From positions 1,632,001 to 1,696,000 of the forward strand of contig CAVSIV010000006.1 in the NCBI GenBank assembly GCA_963728205.1: a stretch of DNA of 64,000 nt. The letters are read 5' to 3'. Below the pieces are notes generated by a model that was not told the DNA's origin, did not search any database, and worked only from the letters and a program-made list of their open reading frames with translations. The position numbers and the translations under genes are program-made. The stretch comes from an uncultured Chloroflexia bacterium. GTDB taxonomy: Bacteria; Chloroflexota; Dehalococcoidia; UBA2979. Positions 42,401 through 52,426 of the stretch are shown here, one piece after another (positions within the stretch are counted from its first letter, which is position 1; every line of letters starts with the position of its first letter).

Positions 42401-43662
42401 GCACCGCCGCGGTCATCCCCGATGGTCCCGGCAGCGGTCACGTGGCGACACTGACATCGGCGAGTGCGTCCACGAAGTGGCTGGAGCAATCGGCGCTCGT
42501 GACCCCCGGGGCCCACTACCGGCTGACCGCGGACCTGGCGCCCGACGCCGGGGTGGACGCCGCGTGGGTGCGGGTCGCCTGGTACGCGACGATGGATGCC
42601 AGCGGTTCGCAGCTGGGGATCGAGGACTCCGCGCAGATCGCCGGCGACGCGCCCGGGACGGCCGTCGCGGTGGACCTGGCGGCTCCGCTCCACGCGCGGA
42701 GCGCGCGCGTGCGGATCATGCTGCGGCCGGCCGGGGTGGCGGCGGCGACGCTGGCAATCGACGACGTGCATCTCGCGCGCGCGCCGGGGGCGCCGGCCGA
42801 CGCGCCTCCTGCGTCCCCGTCGCGCGAACGCGAGGCGGCGGCAGGCCGTGCGTCGGGGACCGGCGCCGCCGTTGCTCCGCTGCTTCGCCTGCCGCGCGCC
42901 GAGCTCGCCGCCGCCCAGGGGCTCCTGCGGATCACCGAGCTGCTGCCGGACCCCGTGGAGCCGGGCTCGGACGCGGATTACGAGTGGATCGAGCTCACCA
43001 ACGTCGGCGTGGCGCCCGCTCCGCTCGCCGGCATGACGATGTCCGACAACCGCGGCTCGATCACCTTCCCGGACGTCGCCCTTGCGCCCGGCGCGTCGCT
43101 GGTCGTCGCCGGGGCGCACGCGAGCGTCGCCGCTGCGGTCACGTACTACCCGCCCGGCGGCTTTGCGAACGGGCTCGGCAACAGCGGTGACCACGTGGAG
43201 CTGACTGCGGCCGACGGCCGGCGCATCGATGCGCTCGACTACGGCTCCGACCGCACGTTCGCATCGTCGCCGGGGGCCCTCCACACCGGCGCGCCGGCGA
43301 CCGCGAAGGCGATCGAGCGACATTTCGACGACGCCGGCACGCTGCTCGAGGCCACGGTGTCGGACGCGGTCACGCCCGGGCGCGCGACGGTCGCCCATCG
43401 CGCGCGCGGCGACGCGCTCGCCGCCGAGCGGACGGCCACCGCTGCGGCCGACGACGCACCGTCCGTAGCGCGCAGGCCGACCCCGCCGGGCGCCCCGGTG
43501 CTCCCGCCGTCCGCGCTGGCGCCGCCGCCGCAGGCCGTCGGCGCCGGTGCGGGACAGGAGCGCACCGCGTGGCTCGTGATCGCCGCGGCGATCGCGCTCG
43601 CCGGCGCGATCCTGGGCGTGCGGAGGTGGCGCGGCCGGCTGGCCGGCGGTCGGGCGGAGTGA
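39421..43662 (+). CDS. Large secreted, membrane-anchored protein: five CBM-like repeats, Pro/Thr linkers, lamin-tail domain
   Basis: Signal peptide; five ~145-aa repeats (NGDF..GW..HG...TKWLEQ...W.R.AWY...DGSGSQ...QAP..A.SAR.R.MLRP); [17 protein letters not shown] lamin-tail domain; C-terminal TM followed by RRWRGR. Confidence 0.85.
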   Translation: MPLMRREPWRAALIAVAVFAVVLVLTAPVRVAADDAGAGAPPSAAEAPTATPVATATAAPTAPAEMAGTPTPTPTPSTTPTPAATPTSTPSATPASTPLPQPAATSTPSATPASTPLPEPAATSSPSPVPTATPSPAPVVGPPLDGAVYNGDFEGAPGLDGWTHHGGTLELRDAGGGHAAALSSDTTSTKWLEQPAGVAPGGAYALSADVAADAGVDAVWLRIAWYASADGSGSQLSTSDSAAVGAAESAHLDTGSQQAPPGAHSARVRVVLRPASGAPAEVLVDHVALGAAIVPTPTPTPTAAPTATPTAAPTGTPTAAPTATPTVAPTGTPTAAPTATPTAAPTATPTAAPTATPTAAPTATPTVAPTATPTAAPTATPTAAPTATATSEPSVTPTPSPTSTPTPTATPTPTATATPGPTASPEPTSPPGPPLLEAVYNGDFSLDPDLDGWVAHGAEGTVAEDAAGNRSALLTSHSSSTTWLEQLIRVTPGHWYAASAVLAPGDGADSAWVRLAWYPSDDGSGSQISTDDSDSVVSGGSATAVLDAVQAPAGAGSVRIRLMLRPAGDGPATLTVDDAAIEAVDAPAAASAGAHAPVLLAAVFNGGFEDPAGPLFGWTPHAADASTVDHAGGHAAVLTSDGGTSTKWLEQLVQVEPGHWYAAAASLTAGASAQAGWVRIAWYGTPDGSGGQLSTDDSPEVPGGMESLVSTGAVQAPASALTARVRLMLRPASDAVASLVADDVFLIETAAPPPKPPKAKKPTKKKKKADPGDVPILDGALFNTDFSADVGLDGWATHGGDLTLAPLPGGDGQEGVFTSTTASTKWIDQKVGVQPGDWYEAGARLAADGGVASTWVRVAWYRTDDASGSQISKDDSPPLEDASAGASSSDAVARALTLADGAPTELSTGPVQAPDGAHSARFRLMMRPRGASPASLRIASVSFARTSAPAPTATPSATPAPAANSTASSLSFERLTDGDFESAPPLQAWTAHGGTAAVIPDGPGSGHVATLTSASASTKWLEQSALVTPGAHYRLTADLAPDAGVDAAWVRVAWYATMDASGSQLGIEDSAQIAGDAPGTAVAVDLAAPLHARSARVRIMLRPAGVAAATLAIDDVHLARAPGAPADAPPASPSREREAAAGRASGTGAAVAPLLRLPRAELAAAQGLLRITELLPDPVEPGSDADYEWIELTNVGVAPAPLAGMTMSDNRGSITFPDVALAPGASLVVAGAHASVAAAVTYYPPGGFANGLGNSGDHVELTAADGRRIDALDYGSDRTFASSPGALHTGAPATAKAIERHFDDAGTLLEATVSDAVTPGRATVAHRARGDALAAERTATAAADDAPSVARRPTPPGAPVLPPSALAPPPQAVGAGAGQERTAWLVIAAAIALAGAILGVRRWRGRLAGGRAE
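40310..40590 (+). repeat. Coding 12/24-bp tandem repeat (PTAA/PTAT linker)
   Basis: ccgacggc(t/c)gccccgaccgcgacg repeated within the surface-protein gene. Confidence 0.9.
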
Positions 43663-43663
43663 C

Positions 43664-44626
43664 CTACGGCACGAGGACGACGCGGCCGACGGCCTGCCGG
43701 CTCTCGATGAACGCGTGCGCGCCGGCCGCGTCCGCCAGCGGGAACGTGCGGTCGATGACGACCGCGAGCTCGCCCTTCGCGACGTCATCGAGGTGCCGCT
43801 GGATCATGTTGTAGGCCCGGTCGCCCGTGATCTCCGCGCCGAGGTAGACGCCGGTGAGCGACCGGTTGCCCTGGCCGAGCCCGCTGACGTCGAGCAGCCG
43901 GCCGCCGCGGCTCGCGTTGCCGACCGTGATCGCGCGACCGCGGTACGCCAGGGATGCGAGGCTCTGCTGGAGCACGTCGCCGCCGACCGGGTCGACCACG
44001 AGGTCGCAGCCGCGGCCCTCGGTCAGTCGCATCACCTCGCGCACCAGGTCCTGCGTGCGGTAGTTGATGCCCTCGTCCATGCCGAGCGGCCGCAGCCGCT
44101 CGAGCCGGTCATCGGCGGATGCCGTCGCGAGCACGCGGGCGCCGGCGCGCTTCGCCAGCTGGATCGCCGCCGTGCCGACCCCGCCCGCGCCGCCCTGGAC
44201 GAGCACGGTCTCGCCCGCCTGCAGGTGCCCGAACTCGAAGAGGCAGTCGTCGGCGGTGCCGAACGGGATCGGCACGCAGGCCGCCTGCTGGATGTCGAGC
44301 CCGTCGGGGACCACCCACGTCGACCGCACCGGGACCGCGCGCAGCGCGGCGTGTGACCCGAACGGGCTCACCGTGACGACGCGCTGGCCGACGTGCCGGT
44401 CGGTGACCTGCGCGCCGACTTCGCGGATCACACCGGCGTTCTGGTAGCCGACGATGTGCGGCGTCCCGGCCATCTCGCCGCCGGCGCGGCTGAGGACGTC
44501 GCCGCCCTCGATGCTGATCGCCTGCACCTCGACCAGCAGGCCCTTCGGGTGGCACCGCGGGTCCGGCACGTCCTCGTAGCGGAAGACGTCGGGTGAGCCG
44601 GTGCTGTAGTAGACGGCGGCCTTCAT
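43664..44626 (-). CDS. MDR-family NADPH:quinone oxidoreductase
   Basis: GETVLVQGGAGGVG, DLVVDPVGG, GRVVL. Confidence 0.9.
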   Translation of the reverse strand: MKAAVYYSTGSPDVFRYEDVPDPRCHPKGLLVEVQAISIEGGDVLSRAGGEMAGTPHIVGYQNAGVIREVGAQVTDRHVGQRVVTVSPFGSHAALRAVPVRSTWVVPDGLDIQQAACVPIPFGTADDCLFEFGHLQAGETVLVQGGAGGVGTAAIQLAKRAGARVLATASADDRLERLRPLGMDEGINYRTQDLVREVMRLTEGRGCDLVVDPVGGDVLQQSLASLAYRGRAITVGNASRGGRLLDVSGLGQGNRSLTGVYLGAEITGDRAYNMIQRHLDDVAKGELAVVIDRTFPLADAAGAHAFIESRQAVGRVVLVP

Positions 44627-44706
44627 GCGCGCTCCTCTCGAACCGTTCGCGCAGCGTACGCTCGCGATCGGCCGCGTCGTACTATGCCGGGCGCAGGAGG
44701 TGGGCG

Positions 44707-45876
44707 ATGGAGTTCGGCTGGAACGACGAGCAGTCCGGGTTCCGCGACCAGGTCGGGTCGTTCATCGACGAGCACTGGACGCGCGGCGCACGGCGGCGCG
44801 ACGACCTCGAGCCCTGGGAGCGCGTCCGCGAGTACCAGAAGCGGCTCGCCGAGAGCGGCTGGCTCACGATGTCGTGGCCGAAGGAGTACGGCGGCGGCGG
44901 CGCCTCGTACTTCGAGCAGCTGATCTTCGCGGAGGAGTCCACCTACGCGAGCGCGCCCACCGGCGGCCAGGGCGCCGACCGCGTCGGCCCCACGCTGATC
45001 ATCCACGGCACCGAGGAGCAGCGCCGCGAGCACCTGCCGCGCATCGCCGGCGCGGAGGTCGAATGGTGCCAGGGCTACTCCGAGCCGGGCTCCGGCTCCG
45101 ACCTCGCCTCGCTGCAGACGCGCGCCGTGCGCGACGGCGACGACTTCGTGATCAACGGACAGAAGATCTGGACGTCGGGCGCGCAGCACGCCGACTGGAT
45201 CCACGTCCTCACGCGCACCGATCCCGATGCGCCGAAGCACCGCGGCATCTCGTACTTCATGCTGCGCATGGACACGCCCGGGATCTCGCTGCGCCCCATC
45301 GTCCAGCTTCACGACGCCGCGGGCTTCAACGAGACGTTCTTCGAGGACGTGCGGGTCCCCGCGAAGAACATGATCGGCGAGGAGAACCGCGGCTGGTACG
45401 TGTCGACCACCACGCTCGACTTCGAGCGCTCGGGCATTCACCGCATCGCTGCCGCGATCCCGCCGTTCCGCCGGCTGCTCGCGCACGCCGGCGAGGCGGA
45501 CAGCGCCGGCCCCGGACGGCGCATCGTCGACGACCCCATCGCGCGCCTGGCGCTCGCCGACACCGCCACGGAGATCGAGGTGGGGCGGCTGCTCGGCTAC
45601 CGGGTGACGTGGATGCAGGCGCAGCACCTGGTGCCAAACATGGAGTCGTCGATGTCGAAGATGTTCGGGTCGGAGACGCAGCAGCGGCTCGCGCGGCGCG
45701 GCATCAACATGCTCGGCCTCGCCGGCGCGCTGCGACCCGGTTCGCGCGGCGCTGCGATGGGCGGCGAGTTCTGCGTCTACTACATGTCGAGCGTGTCGCT
45801 GACGATCGCGGCCGGCACCAGCGAGATCCAGCGCAACATCATCGCCACGCGTGGGCTTGGACTGCCGCGCGGCTAA
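44707..45876 (+). CDS. Acyl-CoA dehydrogenase (FadE-like)
   Basis: WPKEYGG, WCQGYSEPGSGSDLASL, NGQKIWTS, GTSEIQRNII. Confidence 0.93.
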   Translation: MEFGWNDEQSGFRDQVGSFIDEHWTRGARRRDDLEPWERVREYQKRLAESGWLTMSWPKEYGGGGASYFEQLIFAEESTYASAPTGGQGADRVGPTLIIHGTEEQRREHLPRIAGAEVEWCQGYSEPGSGSDLASLQTRAVRDGDDFVINGQKIWTSGAQHADWIHVLTRTDPDAPKHRGISYFMLRMDTPGISLRPIVQLHDAAGFNETFFEDVRVPAKNMIGEENRGWYVSTTTLDFERSGIHRIAAAIPPFRRLLAHAGEADSAGPGRRIVDDPIARLALADTATEIEVGRLLGYRVTWMQAQHLVPNMESSMSKMFGSETQQRLARRGINMLGLAGALRPGSRGAAMGGEFCVYYMSSVSLTIAAGTSEIQRNIIATRGLGLPRG

Positions 45877-45926
45877 CCGACGGAGGCACGGGCCCCGCGG
45901 TCGCGGGGTAGGACGGTGGGCGGGCC

Positions 45927-46499
45927 GTGGCGGCGGCGGAGCGTCGGATTACGATCGACGGACGGCTGGCGCTCCGCGCCTGGCGGGCCGAGGACGTGCC
46001 CGCGCTGTACGCCGTCATCGACGCGAACCGCGACTATCTCGCGCACTGGCTGCCGTGGGCCGCCGAGTGGGACGCGGCCGAGCGGCCGCGCGCGTTCGTC
46101 GAGCGCGCGCAGGCGGGATACGAACGGGGCACCGGGCTCGACCTCGCGCTCGAGCGCGACGGCGATATCGCCGGCGCGATCGGCCTTTCGCCGATCGACC
46201 CGCGTGCCGCGATGGGCGAGATCGGGTACTGGGTGGCCGAGCCACACCAGGGCCGCGGCTTCGTGACGCGCGGGTGCCGCGCGCTGATCGCACATGCCCG
46301 TGACGCGCTGGGCCTGCGTCATTTCGTGATCCGCGTCGCCACCGAGAACACCCGCAGCCGCGCCGTCGCGGAGCGCCTCGGGTTCTCGCTCGTCGCGATT
46401 CGCGCGGAGGTCGACCCGCCCAGGCACGGCCGCTCCGGTGATGAGGCCGTCTACGTGTTCGACGTCCCACCCCCGGGGCGACCGGCATCGCGGTCCTGA
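45927..46499 (+). CDS. RimJ/RimL-family GNAT acetyltransferase
   Basis: LAHWLPW, EIGYWV..HQGRG, NTRSRAVAERLGF. Confidence 0.88.
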   Translation: MAAAERRITIDGRLALRAWRAEDVPALYAVIDANRDYLAHWLPWAAEWDAAERPRAFVERAQAGYERGTGLDLALERDGDIAGAIGLSPIDPRAAMGEIGYWVAEPHQGRGFVTRGCRALIAHARDALGLRHFVIRVATENTRSRAVAERLGFSLVAIRAEVDPPRHGRSGDEAVYVFDVPPPGRPASRS

Positions 46500-46506
46500 C
46501 ACGCCA

Positions 46507-46796
46507 GCAGGCCCCCGTCGTCGGGGGCCTGCGCTTCGGAGCCGTCGTCGTTCGCTTCGGCGAGTGCGCCGATCAGGGTGACGGTCGCGGTGAGGTTCCG
46601 GGTCACCCTTGTCCTGGTGAGGAGCAACGCGGGCTCGCGGGCTGGACATCGCTGTGCAACGGACCGGCACCCCCTTTCGTCGAGTGGTCGGGTACTCGTT
46701 CCCGCCGTTGCGAGGATGATCGTGATCCGCTCCGCCGATCCGAAGGGACCAAGGTCCCGCAACATTTCGGGGGCCACCCCGACAGATTGCGGGGCG
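46507..46796. ncRNA. Candidate structured non-coding RNA (family unassigned; minus strand favoured)
   Basis: Intergenic, with nested complementary segments: 11-bp hairpin 46507-46532; cttcgga/tccgaag and tcggcg..gatca/tgatc..cgccga closing stem; agggtgac/gtcaccct; gcaacg/cgttgc; cgagt/actcg; gggacc/ggtccc; cccgcaa/ttgcggg. Confidence 0.5.
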
Positions 46797-46903
46797 CGGT
46801 CCACGCATGCTTGACGGCGCGGGCCGCCCGGCCCGAGAGTACCGCGGGCTAGCGCGCGCACCGATGTCCCGGGCGTGCGTGACGCGGTCGATCGGACGGC
46901 GCG

Positions 46904-48199
46904 GTGACCCTTCATCCCTCCGATCGCGATACGTTGCTCCCGGGCCGTCCCATTCCACCACGCACGCTCTTCCTCGCGCAGGCCGCGCTGCGCGGTTTCG
47001 CGATCTCAGTCGCCCTCACCGTCTACGGGCTGTACGTCGTGCGCGACGTCGGCATGACGCCGCTGCAGCTGGTCCTCGCCGGCACCGGTCTCGAGGCCGC
47101 GACGTTCCTCGGCGAGATCCCAACCGGCATCGTCGCCGACGCCTACAGCCGGCGGCTCTCCGTGATCGTGGCGTTCGCGGTGACGGCCGTCGGGTGGGGA
47201 CTGATGGCCGCGGTGCCGACGTTCGCGTTCGTGCTGGTCGGTCAGATCGTGTGGGGGATCGGCGCCACGTTCGGCAGCGGTGCTCGCGAGGCGTGGCTGA
47301 GCGACGAGATCGGCGAGTCGGAGGCCGCGCCGCTCTTCCTGCGCGGCCAGCAGCTCTGGCTCGCCGGCCACCTCGGCGGCATCCCGGTGTCGGTCGCGCT
47401 CGGCCTCATCTCGCTGCGCCTCGCGATCGCCGCCGGCGCCGTCGTGCACGTCGCGTTCGTCGCGGTGCTGTTGCTCGGCATGACCGAGCGCGGCTGGCGC
47501 CCCGCCCCGCGCGGCGGCCGCGGCGTGCTCCGGCGCATGGGCGACACCTTCGGCACCGGTGCCCGAGCCGTCCGCTCCAGCCCGGTGCTCGTCGGCATCT
47601 TCGTGATCGCGCTCTTCGTCGGCGTCTCGAGCGAGGCGCTCGACCGCCTCTGGCCGCTGCACATGGTCGATCACTTCACGTTCCCGCCCATCGGCGGGCT
47701 CGGCCAGGTCGGGTGGTTCGGGGTCATCCAGGCCGGCTCCGTACTCGGCGCCATCGGCGCGACCGGCCTCGCCCGGCGCTTCACCCGGCTCGGCAGCGCG
47801 GTGTCGCTGGCGCGCACGCTGACCGCGATCACGGTCGTGCTGATCGTCGCGGTCGTCGTGTTCGCGACGTCGAACGTCTTCTGGATTGCGCTCGTCGCGT
47901 TCTGGATGACCGACTGGGTGCGTACCACCGAGGATCCGCTGCGCCTCGCGTGGATCAACCGCGGGCTCGACCCCGGCTCGCGTGCGACGGTGCTCTCGAT
48001 GTTCGGGCAGGCCGACGCGCTCGGGCAGATCGCCGGCGGACCCGCGCTCGGCGTCGTCGCCACGCTGCGCGGCGTGCGCATGGCGCTGGTCGCCGTCGGC
48101 GCGGTGCTCGTCCCGACGCTCCCGCTCTACGGCGGGCTGATCCGGCGCGAGGGCCGCATCGAGGTGGACGCCGCCGGCGGACGCGGCTCCGCCGCGTGA
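46904..48199 (+). CDS. MFS transporter (TetA(P)/DHA3-like)
   Basis: EIPTGIVADAYSRR, SGAREAW, RATVLS. Confidence 0.85.
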   Translation: MTLHPSDRDTLLPGRPIPPRTLFLAQAALRGFAISVALTVYGLYVVRDVGMTPLQLVLAGTGLEAATFLGEIPTGIVADAYSRRLSVIVAFAVTAVGWGLMAAVPTFAFVLVGQIVWGIGATFGSGAREAWLSDEIGESEAAPLFLRGQQLWLAGHLGGIPVSVALGLISLRLAIAAGAVVHVAFVAVLLLGMTERGWRPAPRGGRGVLRRMGDTFGTGARAVRSSPVLVGIFVIALFVGVSSEALDRLWPLHMVDHFTFPPIGGLGQVGWFGVIQAGSVLGAIGATGLARRFTRLGSAVSLARTLTAITVVLIVAVVVFATSNVFWIALVAFWMTDWVRTTEDPLRLAWINRGLDPGSRATVLSMFGQADALGQIAGGPALGVVATLRGVRMALVAVGAVLVPTLPLYGGLIRREGRIEVDAAGGRGSAA

Positions 48200-48221
48200 G
48201 CGGCGCGCCGGCGCGCTTCGG

Positions 48222-49403
48222 TCAGTCCGCGGGCGGGTCGTCGAGCGCGGCCGCGGCGATCGCCTCGAGCGCGCGCGCCTCGATCGGCGGGTTCACGAGG
48301 CCCGTGCGCACGTCGCGGAAGTAGCGCTCGAGCGGCTCCAATCGCTGCAGCCCCACGCCCCCCACGAGCCGCATCGCGATCTCGGCGACCTCGACCGCGG
48401 TGTTCGTCGCGAGCATCTTCGCCGCCGCGACGTGCGCGCCCAGCGCCGCCCGTCCCGCCGACGGCGACGCGTCCCAGTCCTCGGCGGTCGCGCGCAAGAG
48501 GGTGCGGGCGGCGAGCAGCGCGGCGTCCATGCGCCCCACCTGCTCGCGCACATAGGGGATCTGCGCGATCGGGTGCGGCGCCCCCGTCGGCTGCCGGGTG
48601 CGCGCGAAGTGCACCGCGTAGTCGCGCGCCGCCGTCGCCACGCCGAGGCTCGCCGCGCCGATCAGCAGCGGGAACCACGCGCCGCCCGTCGCCATGCCGG
48701 CCCCGCCCGCGCGCGGGTCGCGGCGCGACGTCACGTCGTCGTCCGTCACCGGCACGTCCGTGAAGAAGACGTCGTGCGAGCCGGTCGCGCGCATGCCGAG
48801 CGCGTCCCACGTCTCCTCGACTCGGATGCCGGGCAGGCCGCGCCGCACGGCCACGCGGCCGACGTCGCCCGAGCCGTCCTCGAACGCGGCGTAGGTGATG
48901 AAGTAGGTCAGCGCCGGCGCCATCGTCGTGAACGTCTTGTGGCCGGTAAGGCGCCACCGGCCCGGCCCGTCCGGCGCGAGCGCCGTGCGCGGCCGCCCGC
49001 CGCCCTGCGGCGAGCCGAGCTCCGGCTCCGCCGCCACGTTGTTGAGCAGCGCGCCCTCCTCGACCACCGCCCGGAACAGCCGCGTGCGCACGGGCTCCGG
49101 CCACGCGCGCGCCGCCGCCTCGGTGCCGCAGGTCATGAGGTGCATGCCGACGGCGAGCGCGGTCGAGCCGTCCCCCTGCGCCAGCGCCAGCTGCGCGAGC
49201 ACGATGTCGGCCAGCCCGTGACCGCCGCCGCCGTACTCCTGCGGCACCGACGCCGCGAGATAGCCGGCCTCGCGCATCGCGTCGAAGTGCTCGAATGGGA
49301 ACGACGCGTCGCGGTCGTGCTCCGCGGCGTGCGCGCGGAAGCGCTCGGCCAGCCGCTGCGCGACGTCGAGCAGCGCGGCCTGGCGGTCGGTGCGGGGGTT
49401 CAT
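48222..49403 (-). CDS. Acyl-CoA dehydrogenase-like flavoprotein
   Basis: HDRDASFP, VPQEYGG, GHKTFTT, WDALGMRATGS, LERYFRD. Confidence 0.88.
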   Translation of the reverse strand: MNPRTDRQAALLDVAQRLAERFRAHAAEHDRDASFPFEHFDAMREAGYLAASVPQEYGGGGHGLADIVLAQLALAQGDGSTALAVGMHLMTCGTEAAARAWPEPVRTRLFRAVVEEGALLNNVAAEPELGSPQGGGRPRTALAPDGPGRWRLTGHKTFTTMAPALTYFITYAAFEDGSGDVGRVAVRRGLPGIRVEETWDALGMRATGSHDVFFTDVPVTDDDVTSRRDPRAGGAGMATGGAWFPLLIGAASLGVATAARDYAVHFARTRQPTGAPHPIAQIPYVREQVGRMDAALLAARTLLRATAEDWDASPSAGRAALGAHVAAAKMLATNTAVEVAEIAMRLVGGVGLQRLEPLERYFRDVRTGLVNPPIEARALEAIAAAALDDPPAD

Positions 49404-49480
49404 GGCAGCGAGCGTATCCGCTGCGCGCGCGGAGGCGCGACCGGCGGGCGGGCTCGTCGGACGCTGACTATGCTCGACGC

Positions 49481-50212
49481 GTGCTGCAGGCACTCACGAT
49501 CGGCGCGGTGGCGTTCGGCATCGGGTTGAGCGGCGCGCTCAGCCCGGGCCCGCTCACGGTGCTCGCCGTGCGCGAGGCGCCGCGTCGCGGCTGGTGGGCC
49601 GGCCCGCTCGCGACCGCGGGGCACGCGGTCGTCGAGGCGGTGCTCGTGATCGCGCTCGCGCTCGGACTCGCGGCGTTCGTGAAGCAGGGGACCGGCACCG
49701 CGGTGATCGCGTTCCTCGGCGGCGCGCTGCTCGTGTGGATGGGCGTCGGCCTGCTGCGGACGTTTCCGCACGCGTCGCTCGGCGGCGAGCTCGCCGTCGT
49801 GCGCGCCGAGGCCGCCGTCGCCGATCGCGCGGGGACCGGCGCGCCGCCCGCGGCGGCGCCGCCGCCTCGCGCCCGCGCGCCGCGGCCCGACCTGCGCGCG
49901 CTGCTCGCGGTCGCCCCGATGGGCGCGCTGGTCAGCGTCGCCAACCCCTACTGGGTGATCTGGTGGGCGACGGTCGGCACGAAGCTCACGTCGGACTCGC
50001 TGTCCATCGGCTGGCCCGGCCCGCTGGCCGTGTTCGCCGGGCACATCCTGTCCGACCTCGCATGGCTCAGCGGCATCGCGGCGCTCGTGTCGTCCGGCGG
50101 ACGCCGGTTTCGCGGCGACGGCTGGTATCGCGGGCTGCTCGGCGCCTGCGGGGTGTTCCTCGTCGCGATCGGCGTGTTCTTCGTCGTCAGCGGCGCACGC
50201 TTCCTCGCGTAG
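49481..50212 (+). CDS. LysE family translocator
   Basis: SGALSPGPL, GHAVVE, ANPYWVIWW. Confidence 0.85.
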   Translation: MLQALTIGAVAFGIGLSGALSPGPLTVLAVREAPRRGWWAGPLATAGHAVVEAVLVIALALGLAAFVKQGTGTAVIAFLGGALLVWMGVGLLRTFPHASLGGELAVVRAEAAVADRAGTGAPPAAAPPPRARAPRPDLRALLAVAPMGALVSVANPYWVIWWATVGTKLTSDSLSIGWPGPLAVFAGHILSDLAWLSGIAALVSSGGRRFRGDGWYRGLLGACGVFLVAIGVFFVVSGARFLA

Positions 50213-50338
50213 CCCGGTCCCGGGCGCCGCGCCGTAATACATCGCCCGGCCAACTGCGCTTCAATCTCTGGGCGCGAGATCGACCGCCCGCCGCGACCTC
50301 GCGTCCCGAACCCGTGTGAGGAATCGAGGAGGAACCGG

Positions 50339-50695
50339 ATGCCGAACCCCGTGGTGCACTTCGAGATCGAGGGGAAGGACGGGCCGAAGCTCCAGCAGTT
50401 CTACGCGGACCTCTTTGGCTGGAAGATCGACGCGAACAACCCGATGGCCTACGGCATCGTGGACAACGCCGGCGAGGGCATCAACGGCGGCGTCGCCGCC
50501 GGCGACACGCCGTACGTGACGGTCTACGTCGCGGTCGACGACCCGGCCGCCTACCTGGAGAAGGTGAAGTCGCTGGGCGGCGCCGTGGTGATGGACGTGA
50601 CCGAGATCCCCGGCATGGTGACGATGGCGCAGTTCCGCGACCCCGAGGGGAACATGGTCGGGATCATCAAGAACGAGCCTCCCCAGGCGGGATAG
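50339..50695 (+). CDS. VOC/glyoxalase family protein
   Basis: VVHFEI, FYADLFGW, FRDPEGN; GAGGAGG RBS. Confidence 0.92.
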   Translation: MPNPVVHFEIEGKDGPKLQQFYADLFGWKIDANNPMAYGIVDNAGEGINGGVAAGDTPYVTVYVAVDDPAAYLEKVKSLGGAVVMDVTEIPGMVTMAQFRDPEGNMVGIIKNEPPQAG

Positions 50696-50700
50696 GCGCG

Positions 50701-51765
50701 TCAGGCGGGCGGGCGACGTTCCGGTCGCTCGGGGTGACCGGCACCGGGAGCCGCCCGCCCGCCCCCGCTGCGCTCGTCGCCCACGACCGTGGGCTGAGGC
50801 CGGGGCTGCGCATGACCGTTCGTCTCGACCTGCGCGGGCTCGCCTCCGCGGCCGCTGAACTCCACGCGCCGGCGCGGCGTCGCGTCGATCTGCAGCTGGA
50901 ACACGTCCGGCCGCGAGTAGTGGCCGGCGATGTCGCCCATCGCCTTCCGCTCGCGCACCGTCTCCAGCGACACCTCCGCGGTGACAATCGTCTCCGCGCC
51001 CTGCGCGGCCTCGGCGACGACGCGGCCGCGCGGGTCGATGATCTGGCTGCGCGGCGCGAAGCGCGGCGGCGGCATCTCGCGAAAGCGCGGCGGCACGTCG
51101 TCGACGGACCCGCCGCCGCCGACGCTGACCACGAACGCGCCTGCCTGGAACGCGAAGGCGCGCGCGAGCAGCTCCGACTCCGACCCGGCGACGTCCGGCC
51201 AGGTCGCGACGTGCACCTGCGTCCCCTGCGCGGCGAGCGCGTAGCCGGGCAACATCATCTGGTGCTCCCAGCAGTTCAGCCCGCTCAGCCGCGCGTACGG
51301 CCGGTCATAGACGACGAGCGACGCCCCATCGCCCTCCGCCCACACGCGGCGCTCGGCGTCGGTCGGCTTCAGCTTGCGGTGGCGGCCGAGGATGCGCCCT
51401 TCGCGGCCGATGAAGAGGAGCGTGCAGTACACGCTGCCGCGCGTGTCCGGGTCGAGCTCGACGACGCCAATCGCGACGTCGGTGCCGGCGCCCCGGGCCG
51501 CTGCGACGAGCGCGTCGGTTTCGGGCCCGGGCACGCGCACCGCCTGGTCGATGTACGCCGCGCGCGCCTCGGTCTGCGGTCGGCTCCACGGATGGCTCGC
51601 CCAGTACGGGTAGCCCGGCAGCCACGTCTCGCCGAACGCCGCGAGGTCGGCGCCGCGCGCGCCCGCCTCCGCGATCAGCCGCACCGCCTTTTCGGTCGAG
51701 GCCGCCCGGTCGAAGAAGCAGGGCGCGGCCTGCACCGCCGCCAGCGTGAGGGTGTCGTCGCTCAT
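50701..51765 (-). CDS. Nitrilase / carbon-nitrogen hydrolase
   Basis: Triad motifs [23 protein letters not shown]; GHYSRPDV. Confidence 0.9.
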   Translation of the reverse strand: MSDDTLTLAAVQAAPCFFDRAASTEKAVRLIAEAGARGADLAAFGETWLPGYPYWASHPWSRPQTEARAAYIDQAVRVPGPETDALVAAARGAGTDVAIGVVELDPDTRGSVYCTLLFIGREGRILGRHRKLKPTDAERRVWAEGDGASLVVYDRPYARLSGLNCWEHQMMLPGYALAAQGTQVHVATWPDVAGSESELLARAFAFQAGAFVVSVGGGGSVDDVPPRFREMPPPRFAPRSQIIDPRGRVVAEAAQGAETIVTAEVSLETVRERKAMGDIAGHYSRPDVFQLQIDATPRRRVEFSGRGGEPAQVETNGHAQPRPQPTVVGDERSGGGRAAPGAGHPERPERRPPA

Positions 51766-51898
51766 GGCAGCCTCCTCCGCCGGCGAGGATAGGCGCAGGG
51801 AGCCCGGCGGGGGCGCCGTACCGCGGCCGGCGCACGACTCGCATCGCCGAGCCGGCTTCGCCGGCGGATACGATCTCGCCGCACCGGGAGGTCCGCCG

Positions 51899-52348
51899 AT
51901 GACCACGCCCCACTACCAGCGCCCGAACTTCTTCACGCAGCACGTCTTCAACCCCGTGGTCGCATTCGCCACCGGCGTGCTCGGCATCAGCCTGAAGGGA
52001 TCGCGTGTCCTCTCGGTGCGCGGGCGCACGACCGGCGAGTGGCACAGCACGCCGGTCAACCCGCTGCCGTTCGAGGGCCGCCGCTACCTCGTCGCCCCGC
52101 GCGGGACCACGCAGTGGGTGCGCAACATTCGCGTCAGTCACGAGGGCCGCCTCCGCCACGGCCGGCGCCGCGAGACGATCCGCGTCGAGGAGGTGACCGA
52201 CGCGGAGAAGCCGCCGATCCTGCGCGCCTACCTGCGCGCCTGGGCGTGGGAGGTCGGCCAGTTCTTCGGCGGCGTCGGCCCCGACGCGCCCGAGTCCGAG
52301 CTGCTGCGCATCGCGCCGTCGCACCCGGTCTTTCGCATCGTCGAGTAG
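51899..52348 (+). CDS. Deazaflavin (F420)-dependent nitroreductase-family protein
   Basis: [25 protein letters not shown]. Confidence 0.85.
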   Translation: MTTPHYQRPNFFTQHVFNPVVAFATGVLGISLKGSRVLSVRGRTTGEWHSTPVNPLPFEGRRYLVAPRGTTQWVRNIRVSHEGRLRHGRRRETIRVEEVTDAEKPPILRAYLRAWAWEVGQFFGGVGPDAPESELLRIAPSHPVFRIVE

Positions 52349-52426
52349 CGGCCGTGGCCCGGCGCCGCGTGGGGCTGTGGGCGGCATCGCGGGGCGAAAG
52401 AGGGGGCGTCCGGGCCCGCTCGCCGG

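Noticed and set aside
44639-44650. LexA box between the quinone oxidoreductase and acyl-CoA dehydrogenase genes (CGAAC-C-GTTCG)
   Set aside because: Spacer is 1 nt rather than 4, and the flanking genes are not repair genes
46770-46800. Cobalamin riboswitch (GCCCCGCAATCTGT on the minus strand resembles part of the consensus)
   Set aside because: The other conserved elements (AGGGAA, GCCACTG, B12 box) are absent and no B12-related gene lies downstream
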